A DNA stretch of 64,000 nt from Candidatus Parcubacteria bacterium (GTDB lineage Bacteria > Patescibacteriota > Minisyncoccia > Minisyncoccales > JAGMAB01), in contig JAGMAB010000001.1 of assembly GCA_023131055.1 (NCBI GenBank), positions 1,486-65,485 of the forward strand, written 5' to 3'. Both the position numbers and the translations under genes were made by a program. Shown one piece after another: positions 27,314 through 37,096 of this stretch. The notes below the pieces were generated by a model that was not told the origin of the DNA, made no database searches, and was given only the letters and a program-made list of their open reading frames with translations. Each line of letters opens with the position of its first letter. Positions within the stretch are counted from its first letter, which is position 1.

Positions 27314-29983
27314 TTACTCTTCGTCTTGATATCCTTTTTCTAAATTGCGGAATAATACCGTGCGGTCGTCAAAATATAATTCTGTTTTTCCAATAGGACC
27401 GTTGCGGTGTTTCGCCACGATAATATCAGCGATATTTTTTCTTGAACTGTTTTGCCGATAACGGTCTTCGCGATGAATAAACAACACTACATCCGCGTCC
27501 TGTTCCAAAGAATTATGAACAATAACATCATTGGCAATAAAATTATGAGCACCTTCTACTGTAGCATCATAAACCTCTTGCATTCCTAAGGGTTTTATTG
27601 AAACAATTTTGTCCCAAAAAATATCTGAATCAGCTAAATTACGAATAGTAGAATTTTCTTCTAATGCTAAACAAAGCCGAAGCATTCTTTCTCGGCTAAT
27701 TCCATGCTTAAAAAGCGTGCTTCCGCAGTAGGACATATCAAGCCGTTCAGCCACTTCACGCCAGCCAATTCCTACTTCTTGTTTAACTGGTTCAATAACA
27801 ATTTTCCAAGCTATTTTAGGAATTATATCTACATTAGTATTAGTAGTAATTTTTTCTAATGAAGCGATAAGAGATGGAATAATCTTTTTTCTTTTTCCAT
27901 TAATTCCAACTTTATTAAGGAATTTTAATTGTTCATTCGCTCCCTCAACATAAACATGATACATTGTTCTGTATCCTTTTTTTGATTTAATCCCCCGCAG
28001 AGAGCTTTGAATGTCTAATCTAAGGAGCAAATGTTGAACCTGTTCAGCCAAGACCTCGCTTGAACTGGAATAATAAATATTTCCTGTTGGCTTCCTTGCT
28101 TTTAGATATTTCCAACTTAAATTTCCATCAGTTGCCCAAAGGTGCCGCAGAAAAAGAGATATTTTATTTTTATCACATTGAAAAACTGCTTGAGGAATTT
28201 GTTTTTGCCAGGAACGAACACGTTTAATCCCAAGTTTTTTAAACCAATTAGTAATAGGATGATATTTTCCGCGAGCAAGTTGATAAGGGCTGGTAAGATA
28301 AATATGTTCCCAATTTTTTTGCTTTACTATTTTGCCGGTTATATTAAATAATTCTTTGGCTGCTTTTTTTACGGTTTGGATATTCTCTTTTTCGCCGTTA
28401 GTATAATGAAACGGTTGATTAGGAAGAATACAACCATCTCCTAAAAGATGAGCAAGTAAAATAAGTTCGTTTTCCGAAAGAAGGTTTAAAGATTTTTTGA
28501 TTTTAATTTTTCTTGGAAGAGCAATAAAATCATTAACTTTTAACTCATCTAATCTTCTCCAGCCATCTAATTTGAAAAAGGGATGATTGGCGCTTGCCTT
28601 AATTTTTCGTCCGCTTCTCGTTTTTAATTCAAAAACCATTTTTTTACCCGAAGGAAAAACTTTTATCATTTTATGTGATTTTAATTTGTAGGCATCTTCA
28701 ATACTTAAAATTTCAACAGGTGTTTGATTTTTTCTTTCTGCCAGTTCTTTGATTGGAATTCTTTCACCAGTATCAGTTTTTATAATGAGCGTATCACCGG
28801 TTAAGCATCCGCTTTCGCGAAGGTCGGACAACCGCGGGATTTGCGGAGAACGCTGTTCAACAGCCCTGGATAATTGAGACAAAGCTAAAACCGGAACATT
28901 AAGCTCTCTTGCCAAACCTTTAAGCGAACGGGAAATCTCGCTCATTTGCTGAACCATATTTATCCTAAAATCCCTTGATTCCATTAACTGAAGATAATCA
29001 ACGATAATCAGTCCTAATCCTTTATTTGCCTGTAATCGTCTTGACATTGCCTTCATTTGCAAAACATTTGCCGAAACAGCGTCATCTATGTAAATCGGCG
29101 CCTCGGATAAAACCCCCAGGGCTTGCTGAATTCTGGAAAAATCATTATCATCTCCGGAATCAGAAAGCCGTCCGGTTCTTAAACGCCACAAATCAACATT
29201 TGCCGTGCTGGCAATCAACCTGTCAACTATTTGGTCTCTTGACATTTCCAAACTGAATATACCTACCGGTTCTTTTTGATTTATGGCAATGTGAGCCGCA
29301 ATATTAAGCGCTAATGTGGATTTTCCCAGCGAAGGCCTGGATGCCAAAATTAACAAATCAGATTTCTGCAAGCCGGCAAGGATATTATCCAAACCGATAA
29401 AGCCTGTGGCTAAACCCCGTATATTCTCCTTATGTTTGGATAACCTGTCAATTCTTTCAAAAGCGTCTTCCAAAGTTGCTTTTACCGGCACAAAATTCTG
29501 GGTTAAACTTTTTTGCGCAATGCTGAATATTTTTTTCTCTGCCTCGTCTAAAAGAATATCAGTATCTTCGGTTTCATTATAGCCCAAAACACCGATTTCA
29601 TGGCTCACGCTAATCAAATCCCTTAAAATCCTTTTTTGCTGGACAATTTTGGCATAACTGAAAACATTGCTGGCAGTTGGAACTGAATTTATCAGTTCGG
29701 TTAAATAACTATTTCCGCCAATTTCTTCAAGCTGCGTTTTTTCCTTAAGCCGATTAGAAAGAGATAAAAGGTCAATTGGTTCTCCTTTTTCAAACAAATC
29801 CAAACTGCATTGGTAAATGTCCTGGTGCGATTTATTATAAAAATCGCGCGGTTTCAAAAAATCAGCCACTTTTACCACAGCGTTTTTGTCTAAAAGCAAA
29901 CAGCCAAGCAAACATTGCTCCGCTTCAATGTTTTGCGGAGGCAGCTTGTTGGGCAGTTCCGTGTTTGAAGAATCATTTGTCAT
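27314..29983 (-). CDS. dnaB: Replicative DNA helicase DnaB containing an intein
   Basis: PPQNIEAEQ, SRPSLGKST, IVDYLQL, LSQLSR, DLRESG/SLEQDAD split by a 432-aa insert. Confidence 0.96.
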   Translation of the reverse strand: MTNDSSNTELPNKLPPQNIEAEQCLLGCLLLDKNAVVKVADFLKPRDFYNKSHQDIYQCSLDLFEKGEPIDLLSLSNRLKEKTQLEEIGGNSYLTELINSVPTASNVFSYAKIVQQKRILRDLISVSHEIGVLGYNETEDTDILLDEAEKKIFSIAQKSLTQNFVPVKATLEDAFERIDRLSKHKENIRGLATGFIGLDNILAGLQKSDLLILASRPSLGKSTLALNIAAHIAINQKEPVGIFSLEMSRDQIVDRLIASTANVDLWRLRTGRLSDSGDDNDFSRIQQALGVLSEAPIYIDDAVSANVLQMKAMSRRLQANKGLGLIIVDYLQLMESRDFRINMVQQMSEISRSLKGLARELNVPVLALSQLSRAVEQRSPQIPRLSDLRESGCLTGDTLIIKTDTGERIPIKELAERKNQTPVEILSIEDAYKLKSHKMIKVFPSGKKMVFELKTRSGRKIKASANHPFFKLDGWRRLDELKVNDFIALPRKIKIKKSLNLLSENELILLAHLLGDGCILPNQPFHYTNGEKENIQTVKKAAKELFNITGKIVKQKNWEHIYLTSPYQLARGKYHPITNWFKKLGIKRVRSWQKQIPQAVFQCDKNKISLFLRHLWATDGNLSWKYLKARKPTGNIYYSSSSEVLAEQVQHLLLRLDIQSSLRGIKSKKGYRTMYHVYVEGANEQLKFLNKVGINGKRKKIIPSLIASLEKITTNTNVDIIPKIAWKIVIEPVKQEVGIGWREVAERLDMSYCGSTLFKHGISRERMLRLCLALEENSTIRNLADSDIFWDKIVSIKPLGMQEVYDATVEGAHNFIANDVIVHNSLEQDADVVLFIHREDRYRQNSSRKNIADIIVAKHRNGPIGKTELYFDDRTVLFRNLEKGYQDEE
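27512..28807 (-). mobile_element. Intein with LAGLIDADG homing endonuclease in DnaB
   Basis: Begins CLTGD, block B ASANHPF, LLAHLLGDG and FLRHLWATDG, ends VYDATV...VHN followed by Ser. Confidence 0.95.
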
Positions 29984-30002
29984 CAAGTATAATATATCAA
30001 AT

Positions 30003-31145
30003 ATGGCAAAAAAACTCAAGGTTGGTCTAATCTCTTTTCATTCTTTTTTTCAGCCCGGAGGAGTTAAAAAACATATTCTGGGTCTGCGCAAAGAATTTAA
30101 AAAAATAGGGGTTGATACAAAAATTATCGCGCCGAGAAGAAAAAAAACAGAAAACTATGGCAAAGATGTTATTTTGCTTGGCACTTCTTTTGCCATGCCT
30201 TTTTCCGGCAGCCAGGCAGATTTTTGCATAAATTTTAACCCTATTTCTCTTAAAAGAACTTTAGAAAAAGAAAAGTTTGATGTTTTGCATTTTCATAATT
30301 TCGGCTTTCCTTCCGCTTTACAAGTTTTGCAAATGTCTGATGCTCTAAACATTCTCACTTTCCACGCTAACATTAAAGGAAGCAAGTTTTTGAAAAACTT
30401 TCCTGAAATTATTTATCTTTTTCAAAAAATCGCTCAATGGAAAATAGACGGAGTTATCGGCGTGGCGCAATTAAATTTAGAATACTTTAAGAATTTCAAA
30501 AAACCTAAAGCGATAATTCCAAATGGAATTGACCTGGAAGAATTTAATCCTAATGCTCCAAAAATTGAAAAATTCAATGATGGAAAAATCAATATCTTGT
30601 TTGTTGGACGGATTGAAGAAAGAAAAGGCTTAATTTATTTGTTAAAAGCATACAAAATTTTGCAAAAAAAATTCTCCAACTTACGGCTTATTATTATTGG
30701 AGACGGCGACTTAAAAAAAGATTGTGAATTATATGTTAAAGAGCAAAAACTTAAACAAGTTTTTTTTGAGGGACAAATTTCCGGGAAAAAACTTGTTTCT
30801 TATTTTACTACCTGCGATATTTTTGTCAGCCCTGCTATTTTTGGCGAAAGTTTTGGCATTGTCTTGTTAGAAGCAATGGCTTGCGCCAAACCAATAGTAT
30901 GCTTTAGCAATCTTGGCTATAAACAACTTTTACAGAGAACAAAAGGTGAAAAATTTTTAGTAAAACCGCGCGACTATAATGGTTTAGCTAACAAAATCGC
31001 AATTCTGGTTAAAGACAAAAAATTAAGGAAGGAAATGGGCAAATGGGGAAGAAAAGAAGCAGAAAATTATTCCTGGAATAAAATCGCCAAAAAAATCTTA
31101 GATTTTTATCAATTATGCAAACAATCTAAACAGAAATTTTCTTGA
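30003..31145 (+). CDS. GT4 family glycosyltransferase (PimA-like)
   Basis: [32 protein letters not shown]. Confidence 0.92.
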   Translation: MAKKLKVGLISFHSFFQPGGVKKHILGLRKEFKKIGVDTKIIAPRRKKTENYGKDVILLGTSFAMPFSGSQADFCINFNPISLKRTLEKEKFDVLHFHNFGFPSALQVLQMSDALNILTFHANIKGSKFLKNFPEIIYLFQKIAQWKIDGVIGVAQLNLEYFKNFKKPKAIIPNGIDLEEFNPNAPKIEKFNDGKINILFVGRIEERKGLIYLLKAYKILQKKFSNLRLIIIGDGDLKKDCELYVKEQKLKQVFFEGQISGKKLVSYFTTCDIFVSPAIFGESFGIVLLEAMACAKPIVCFSNLGYKQLLQRTKGEKFLVKPRDYNGLANKIAILVKDKKLRKEMGKWGRKEAENYSWNKIAKKILDFYQLCKQSKQKFS

Positions 31146-32538
31146 TTTTTATTCCTGTTTTAGTATCTTCAATAACATATCCTTGTTTTTTTATTTCTGC
31201 GCGGATTTCATCAGCTTTCTGGTAATTTTTCTGTTTCCGCTCTTGCTCCCGTTGTTTAACCAATTCCTGTATTTTTTCAGGAATTTTTATCTTTTTAATT
31301 TGAGATAAATCCAAGCCAAAAACCTTGTCAAAATCCATTAAAAGTTTGTATTTTGCTTTTGCTGGAATTTTTTTGTCTTTAATCATCTGCCACATTAAAG
31401 CCAGCGCCTTTGGCATATTCAAATCGTCTTGAATAAATCCTAAAAACCTCTTCTGGTAATTTTTAACACTACGAGAAATGTTCTCGTAGTGTTTACTATT
31501 TGACGGAGAACTGTTCTCTGTCAGTTCTGTAATTTTTTGATAGAGATTATCCAAGCTATTCTGAGCTCCTTTTAACGCATTTAAGGAAAAACATAATTTT
31601 GAACGATAATGAGCGCCAAGGCATAAATAACGATAAGCAAGGGGATTAAATCCTTTTTTGATTAAATTTTCCAGAATAATAATATTTCCCTCTGACTTTG
31701 CCATTTTACCTTTATCTAAAATAAGAAATTCACCATGTAGCCAATATCTGGCAAAAACTTTTCCATAAGCAGCTTCTGCTTGGGCAATCTCATTAGTATG
31801 ATGAATAGAAATATGGTCAATGCCGCCGCAGTGAATGTCAAAAACAATGCCTAAATTCTTTATTCCCATTACCACGCACTCGGTATGCCAGCCCGGAAAT
31901 CCAACACCCCAGGGCGATTTCCATTCCATTTGCCTCTTTCCTGTTTTTGGCGAAAATTTCCATAAAGCAAAATCTGTTGGATTTTTTTTGCCGGATACCA
32001 TCTCAACTCTTGCTCTGGTTTTATCCTGTCTTTTTTTTGTTTTCCACAGCCGTCCATAAGTTTTTAGCTTTGAAGTATCAAAATAAACTCCGTCAGAAAT
32101 TTTATAAGTAAAGCCCTTTTTTTCAAGAATTTTAATTAAATTGAGCTGGTCTTTTATGGTATCAGTTGCTTTTATCCAGATATTTGGCGGTTTTATATTC
32201 AAGCGATTTATGTCCTGTTTAAACGCTTTGGTATAAAATTCAGCGATTTGCCAGACAGTTTTTCTCTCTCTTTTGGCTCCTTTTTCCAGTTTGTCCTCGC
32301 CGGTATCAGCGTCAGAAGTCAGATGCCCGACATCAGTAATATTCATTATATGCTTTACTTTGTAATGGCTATATTCCAAAACCCTTTTTAAAATATCTTC
32401 AAAAATATAAGTCCGCAAATTGCCAATATGCGCAAACCAGTAAACAGTCGGACCACAAGTATAAAGCCCGGCTTTACCCTTTTTCAACGGTTTAAAGATT
32501 TGTTTTTTCCGCGATAGAGTGTTGTAGAGTTTGAGCAT
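31126..32538 (-). CDS. cysS: Cysteine--tRNA ligase
   Basis: CGPTVY, HIGN, PGWHTEC, KMAKS. Confidence 0.97.
   Translation of the reverse strand: MLKLYNTLSRKKQIFKPLKKGKAGLYTCGPTVYWFAHIGNLRTYIFEDILKRVLEYSHYKVKHIMNITDVGHLTSDADTGEDKLEKGAKRERKTVWQIAEFYTKAFKQDINRLNIKPPNIWIKATDTIKDQLNLIKILEKKGFTYKISDGVYFDTSKLKTYGRLWKTKKRQDKTRARVEMVSGKKNPTDFALWKFSPKTGKRQMEWKSPWGVGFPGWHTECVVMGIKNLGIVFDIHCGGIDHISIHHTNEIAQAEAAYGKVFARYWLHGEFLILDKGKMAKSEGNIIILENLIKKGFNPLAYRYLCLGAHYRSKLCFSLNALKGAQNSLDNLYQKITELTENSSPSNSKHYENISRSVKNYQKRFLGFIQDDLNMPKALALMWQMIKDKKIPAKAKYKLLMDFDKVFGLDLSQIKKIKIPEKIQELVKQREQERKQKNYQKADEIRAEIKKQGYVIEDTKTGIKIKKISV
31465..31523. repeat. Two tandem palindromes (GAGAA-N3-TTCTC family) inside cysS
   Basis: AACACTACGAGAA-ATG-TTCTCGTAGTGTT and TGACGGAGAA-CTG-TTCTCTGTCA. 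Confidence 0.8.
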
Positions 32539-32656
32539 AGATTGAATTTTCAATTATCAATTTCTAATTTTCATTAAATTTTCAATGTTTTAATTTTCAA
32601 TTTATTCTTTGTTATTATTTTATTATATCTCTTTTTTATTAAATTGGTAGCTGGGG

Positions 32657-32685
32657 TTGACAGAATTTTACTGATATGCTATGTT
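32657..32685 (+). promoter_or_regulatory. Promoter of the micro-ORF operon
   Basis: TTGACA-17-TATGTT with TG extension. Confidence 0.6.
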
Positions 32686-32753
32686 AAAAACAGTTCCCGA
32701 AAAACATAATAGGGAAATGGCAAAGAAAGTAAAAAACAGGAGGAAATAAAAAA

Positions 32754-32894
32754 ATGACAATTGGAGTTGTAATAGAGGTTGTAGCAATAGTGATTGCAAT
32801 TGGGTTTGTTATAGCCGGAGTTATAGTAGGCATTCAGTGCTTATTGCACTACAGAAGTGAAAAGAAAAAGGCAAAGATAGTGTGGGAAGAATAA
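32754..32894 (+). CDS. 46-aa single-TM peptide
   Basis: SD AGGAGG; MTIGVVIEVVAIVIAIGFVIAGVIVGIQCLLHYRSEKKKAKIVWEE. Confidence 0.65.
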   Translation: MTIGVVIEVVAIVIAIGFVIAGVIVGIQCLLHYRSEKKKAKIVWEE

Positions 32895-32907
32895 AAGGAG
32901 GTAAAAA

Positions 32908-33081
32908 ATGAACGAGGAAGAAAGAAAGAGAATAACGGAAATGGTAGTAGGGAAAGTAGTAGAAAACCTAAAAGCCAAAGGTGAAGAAGACAGTATTATG
33001 GCGATATTGCGTCCTGGCGGTGCTGGAGAGATATATTCTGATAATTCATATCTCAATAAACACTGCAAAATCAGGGGGTAA
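32908..33081 (+). CDS. 57-aa soluble peptide
   Basis: SD AAGGAGGT; MNEEERKRITEMVVGKVVENLKAKGEE...KIRG. Confidence 0.6.
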   Translation: MNEEERKRITEMVVGKVVENLKAKGEEDSIMAILRPGGAGEIYSDNSYLNKHCKIRG

Positions 33082-33083
33082 AA

Positions 33084-33197
33084 ATGGAAGCAGTTACTGG
33101 TGTAGTAATAGTGGTTATAATAGCCATAGGTTTGATTTGGACAGCAGTAGCAATACTATTGTACAAACCAAACAAAATTTCAAAAATGGGGGGTTAA
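33084..33197 (+). CDS. 37-aa single-TM peptide
   Basis: SD-like AGGGGGT; MEAVTGVVIVVIIAIGLIWTAVAILLYKPNKISKMGG. Confidence 0.55.
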   Translation: MEAVTGVVIVVIIAIGLIWTAVAILLYKPNKISKMGG

Positions 33198-33217
33198 ATT
33201 TTTAACTCCTTCTTTTT

Positions 33218-34084
33218 TTAGAGATACTTTTCACCACGGTCAGGAAAGATGGTTATGATATTACCTTGAGGAATTTCTTTACCAATTTTTTGAGCGATAA
33301 ACATTGCCGCGCCAGACGAGACCCCGACAAAAATCCCATATTCTTTGGCTAATTTTTTTTGCCAAACCAAAGCGTCTTTTCCATCAACCTCATAAATTTT
33401 ATCAATAATTTTCAAGTCCAGAATCGGCGGCGTATAACCCTCTTTCAAAGATTTTAGTCCTTCAATATCCGAGCCCTTTTTTGGCATAATGCCAATAATT
33501 TTGATTTTTGGATATTTTTCTTTTAACCGTTTTCCAATACCTGTAATAGTGCCGCCCGTGCCAATACCGGCAATAAAATAATCAATTAATGGGCGAGAAC
33601 ATTTCTCGCCCATTTGGTCTAAGATTTCCTGGGCAGTTGTTTCATAATGAACTTTAACATTTTCTTCATTTTCATATTGATTAAGCATTACTAAACCCTG
33701 TTCATTTTCTTTGACTAATTTTTTGGTGAATTTTATGGCGTTGTCACGCCAGTCCTCATCTTTGATTAAAATTATTTCTCCGTTAAAAAACTCTATCATT
33801 TTTCTTTTCATAATATTCATTGATTTTGGCATTACAATTTTCACTTTATAACCTTTTATCGCTCCAAGCATTGCCAAAGAAATTCCGGTGTTGCCGCTTG
33901 TTGGTTCAATAATTGTTTTGTCTTTGGTTAAAATTCCTTGTTTTTCCGCTTTTTCCAGCATTGCCAAAACAATCCTGTCTTTTATAGACCCTGTAGGATT
34001 AAATCCTTCTAATTTGGCAAAAATGTTACTCCCGACTTTCACCAAAGGCGTTTTTCCAATAGTATCTAAAATATTATTATTCAT
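33218..34084 (-). CDS. PLP-dependent cysteine synthase family protein (CysK/CysM)
   Basis: KLEGFNPTGSIKDR, EPTSGNTG, GIGTGGT, PDRGEKYL. Confidence 0.93.
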   Translation of the reverse strand: MNNNILDTIGKTPLVKVGSNIFAKLEGFNPTGSIKDRIVLAMLEKAEKQGILTKDKTIIEPTSGNTGISLAMLGAIKGYKVKIVMPKSMNIMKRKMIEFFNGEIILIKDEDWRDNAIKFTKKLVKENEQGLVMLNQYENEENVKVHYETTAQEILDQMGEKCSRPLIDYFIAGIGTGGTITGIGKRLKEKYPKIKIIGIMPKKGSDIEGLKSLKEGYTPPILDLKIIDKIYEVDGKDALVWQKKLAKEYGIFVGVSSGAAMFIAQKIGKEIPQGNIITIFPDRGEKYL

Positions 34085-34146
34085 AAAAATACCTTTTTAC
34101 CATACCATTTTTTGATTTTTTTGAAAACTTGTGATAAACTAAAACC

Positions 34147-34743
34147 ATGAAAAAAGCGGATATTATCATTGCTTTTTTAGCCGGAGAAGGTGTTGCATGG
34201 CTATTTGTTTGGTTTTTAAAAAAATCCGCAATAGAAATAGCTTTTTTAAATTGGGGCTTGCCAATTTTATTTCCTTTTTTCGCAATAATTTTTCTCTGGG
34301 CGTCTTATCTAATTGGTAAAAGATATTTATTTGTTTTTCAGCTGGCAAAATTTATTTTAATCGGGTCTTTATTCGCGGTATTTGATTTAATGCTTTTGAA
34401 TTCTTTAATGGCATACTTTGGAATTACAAAAGGAATTGAGTATTCAATTTTTGTCACGGCTTCGTTTGTCATTGCCACCAGTATAAAGTATATAGCCGAC
34501 AAGTTTTGGGCTTTTGAGAAATCCGAGAAAAAAGGAATGGGTAAGGAATTTACAGGATTTTTTATTATCACTTTGATAAGCGGTGGAATTCACATTGGAG
34601 TTGCTTCTCTAATAGTTAATGTTATTGGCGCTCAGTTTGGTATTTCTTCTTTAGTTTGGGCTAATATCGGCAAAATCTTAGGCATTGTTGTGGCATCTGC
34701 CTGGAATTTTCTCGGCTATAAATTTATCGTCTTCAATGTTTAA
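34147..34743 (+). CDS. GtrA-family membrane protein
   Basis: QLAKFILIG, KFWAF, WNFLGYKFIVF. Confidence 0.85.
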   Translation: MKKADIIIAFLAGEGVAWLFVWFLKKSAIEIAFLNWGLPILFPFFAIIFLWASYLIGKRYLFVFQLAKFILIGSLFAVFDLMLLNSLMAYFGITKGIEYSIFVTASFVIATSIKYIADKFWAFEKSEKKGMGKEFTGFFIITLISGGIHIGVASLIVNVIGAQFGISSLVWANIGKILGIVVASAWNFLGYKFIVFNV

Positions 34744-34760
34744 AACCCGACATTAAACAT

Positions 34761-35873
34761 ATGGCAAATTTAGTTTTATATCGTAAATACAGGCCCCAGA
34801 CATTTAAGGAAATCATCGGACAAGAGCATATTATTAAAACTTTAACCAATGCCGTGGCTGATGATATGGTTTCCCACGCTTATTTGTTTTCAGGTCCGCG
34901 AGGTTCGGGGAAAACCACTATTGCAAGAATTTTAGCCAAAGCGGTTAATTGCGAAGCAAGAAAAAAAGGGGAATATGAACCGTGCAACAAATGCTCATCC
35001 TGCTTGGAAATAAGGCAGGACAGGTCTCTGGATTTAATTGAAATTGACGCCGCGTCCCACCGGGGAATAGATGATATAAGAGAATTAAAAGAAGGCATTA
35101 AATTTGCGCCGACAAAATCGCGCTACAAGATTTTCATTATAGACGAATGCCATCAGTTAAGCAAAGACGCGTCTAACGCTCTTTTGAAAACATTGGAAGA
35201 ACCACCTTTACACGCTATTTTTATTTTAGCAACAACGGAAATTCATAAAATGATCGCCACAATTATTTCCCGGTGCCAGAGATTTGATTTCCGCAAATTA
35301 ACTGTTCCGAAAATAATCCAACGCCTGAAACTTATTTCCGAGAAAGAAAAAATTAAAATTGAGAAGCCCGCGTTAGAACTGATTGCCTTGCATTCAGGCG
35401 GCTCTATGAGAGACGCTGAAAGTATGTTTCACCAAGTTTTAACTTTTGTTGGAAAAACAGACAGAGAAATCAAAGCCAATGACATTAAGGATTTATTGGG
35501 CTTGGTTGAAATAAAATTAATCAGCCAATTCTGCGATTTTCTTGGACAAAAAAAACCGGGACAGGCAATTAGTTTTTTAAATGATTTGACTGAAAAAGGT
35601 TCTGACCTTGAAGAATTTACCAAAGCACTAATAAATTATTTAAGGCAGGGCCTGATTTTAAAAATAGCAGGAAAAGAAACCGCGGAGCCGATTATTACCG
35701 GCTTAACAAAAGAAGAATTTCAGCTCCTTGAAAATCAGACAAAACTTTTTCAGGAGCAAGAGCTTCAAAAAATCATCAATCTTTTTATTCAAGCGTCAAA
35801 CCAAATGAAGTATTCGCCCATACAGCAATTACCATTGGAATTAGCCATAATTGAATCTTGCGAAAAGATATAA
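34761..35873 (+). CDS. dnaX: DNA polymerase III subunit gamma/tau
   Basis: LYRKYRPQTF, GPRGSGKTT, EIDAAS, LLKTLEEPP, SRCQ. Confidence 0.97.
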   Translation: MANLVLYRKYRPQTFKEIIGQEHIIKTLTNAVADDMVSHAYLFSGPRGSGKTTIARILAKAVNCEARKKGEYEPCNKCSSCLEIRQDRSLDLIEIDAASHRGIDDIRELKEGIKFAPTKSRYKIFIIDECHQLSKDASNALLKTLEEPPLHAIFILATTEIHKMIATIISRCQRFDFRKLTVPKIIQRLKLISEKEKIKIEKPALELIALHSGGSMRDAESMFHQVLTFVGKTDREIKANDIKDLLGLVEIKLISQFCDFLGQKKPGQAISFLNDLTEKGSDLEEFTKALINYLRQGLILKIAGKETAEPIITGLTKEEFQLLENQTKLFQEQELQKIINLFIQASNQMKYSPIQQLPLELAIIESCEKI

Positions 35874-35929
35874 AACAAAAAAAAGATTAGTAATAATCTT
35901 GCGACCGCAAGAACATTACTAATTATTAT

Positions 35930-36000
35930 TCCGGGGTCGTCTAACGGTAGGACGGTTGGTTTTGATCCAATTAATCTTCGTTCGAATCGAAGCCCCGGAA
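35930..36000 (+). tRNA. tRNA-Gln(TTG)
   Basis: Acceptor TCCGGGG/CCCCGGA, anticodon arm GTTGG-TTTTGAT-CCAAT, TTCGAATC. Confidence 0.93.
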
Positions 36001-36145
36001 CAATTGTAAAAAAGCGTGAATTTGTATCGCTTTACGGTCATAATTCACGGTTTTTTATTGCATTTTTCATCGCAAAAAAAATCCGCAAATAGAAATCCGC
36101 AAACAGAACGTTGAAAAAAGTCCTGAAAAGAGGTAATGTGGGAAA

Positions 36146-37096
36146 ATGGGCAAACATGAAAGAAAATCAATTGAAGAAGCAGAAAAAATTATTGTAAAAA
36201 TTTTAAGTTCTAAAACTCTTAATGGTTTTGATAAAAGAAATCATTGGTTTAATCATGCTTTTTCTATAGCAAAAAGAATCAAAAAAGATTTCCCAAAAAT
36301 TACATTGGCTCGCCATCTAGGTAATAGCTATGATAACACAGGAGATATAATGATTATTTTTAATGGTAAAAAATTCTTTATTGAAATAAAGATGAGTGAT
36401 ACAAAATCAGGTATTGGAACTAAAGCTAATATTAGCCAAGATGCCCTTACAGAGAATTATCTTTTTACAAGAAATATAAAAAGTTGGAGTAAATTTCGTC
36501 AGGAAAAAAATCATGATAAGTGGGTTAATGATTTTTTGAATCAATTTACTAATTATCCACAGAATATTTTAAAAATTACTAATCCAGCAACGCAGAAGGA
36601 AGAAAAAGCAAGGTATTTAAGAAAATTAGCAAAAAAAAGAAATAAAAAAGCCAAGAGCATTCTTGACGATATCCAAAAAAAAGATAAAAAAGAAAAAATT
36701 GAATATTTAACCTATCTAAGCAGTCAAAAACAACAAAAGAAAATGATTAAAAGGTTTTTTATTTTGATTACATTAGGAATTCACAGAAAAGAAGAATTAG
36801 AAAATTTAATAAAGAAAGATGATTTTTTTCAAAAACTTAAAAACTTCTTTGTATATTACAGCAATTTTAATAAAGGTAAAATTGTTATCAGAAAAGAAGA
36901 TGCTGGAAAAAGAATTGAACAAATATTGAAAAAACATTCTGATTTTAAAATTATTTTTCCAGTAAAAGTAAGCCATTGTAAAATAGTTGGTGTAAAAGGC
37001 AAGAATTCTAAACAGTTATTACAAATAGTTTTTCACTGGAAAAATATTGCTCAAGGCATTAAAACTCCGTGTCTTAATATTTTTGACTTAGCTTAA
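36146..37096 (+). CDS. Putative type II restriction endonuclease (PD-(D/E)XK-like)
   Basis: GDIMIIFNGKKFFIEIKMS motif, very basic, convergent with an adenine MTase. Confidence 0.55.
   Translation: MGKHERKSIEEAEKIIVKILSSKTLNGFDKRNHWFNHAFSIAKRIKKDFPKITLARHLGNSYDNTGDIMIIFNGKKFFIEIKMSDTKSGIGTKANISQDALTENYLFTRNIKSWSKFRQEKNHDKWVNDFLNQFTNYPQNILKITNPATQKEEKARYLRKLAKKRNKKAKSILDDIQKKDKKEKIEYLTYLSSQKQQKKMIKRFFILITLGIHRKEELENLIKKDDFFQKLKNFFVYYSNFNKGKIVIRKEDAGKRIEQILKKHSDFKIIFPVKVSHCKIVGVKGKNSKQLLQIVFHWKNIAQGIKTPCLNIFDLA

Noticed and set aside
32543..32605. TTTTCAAT-like degenerate repeats upstream of cysS
   Set aside because: Low-complexity AT-rich tract with no stable unit or structure I can support.
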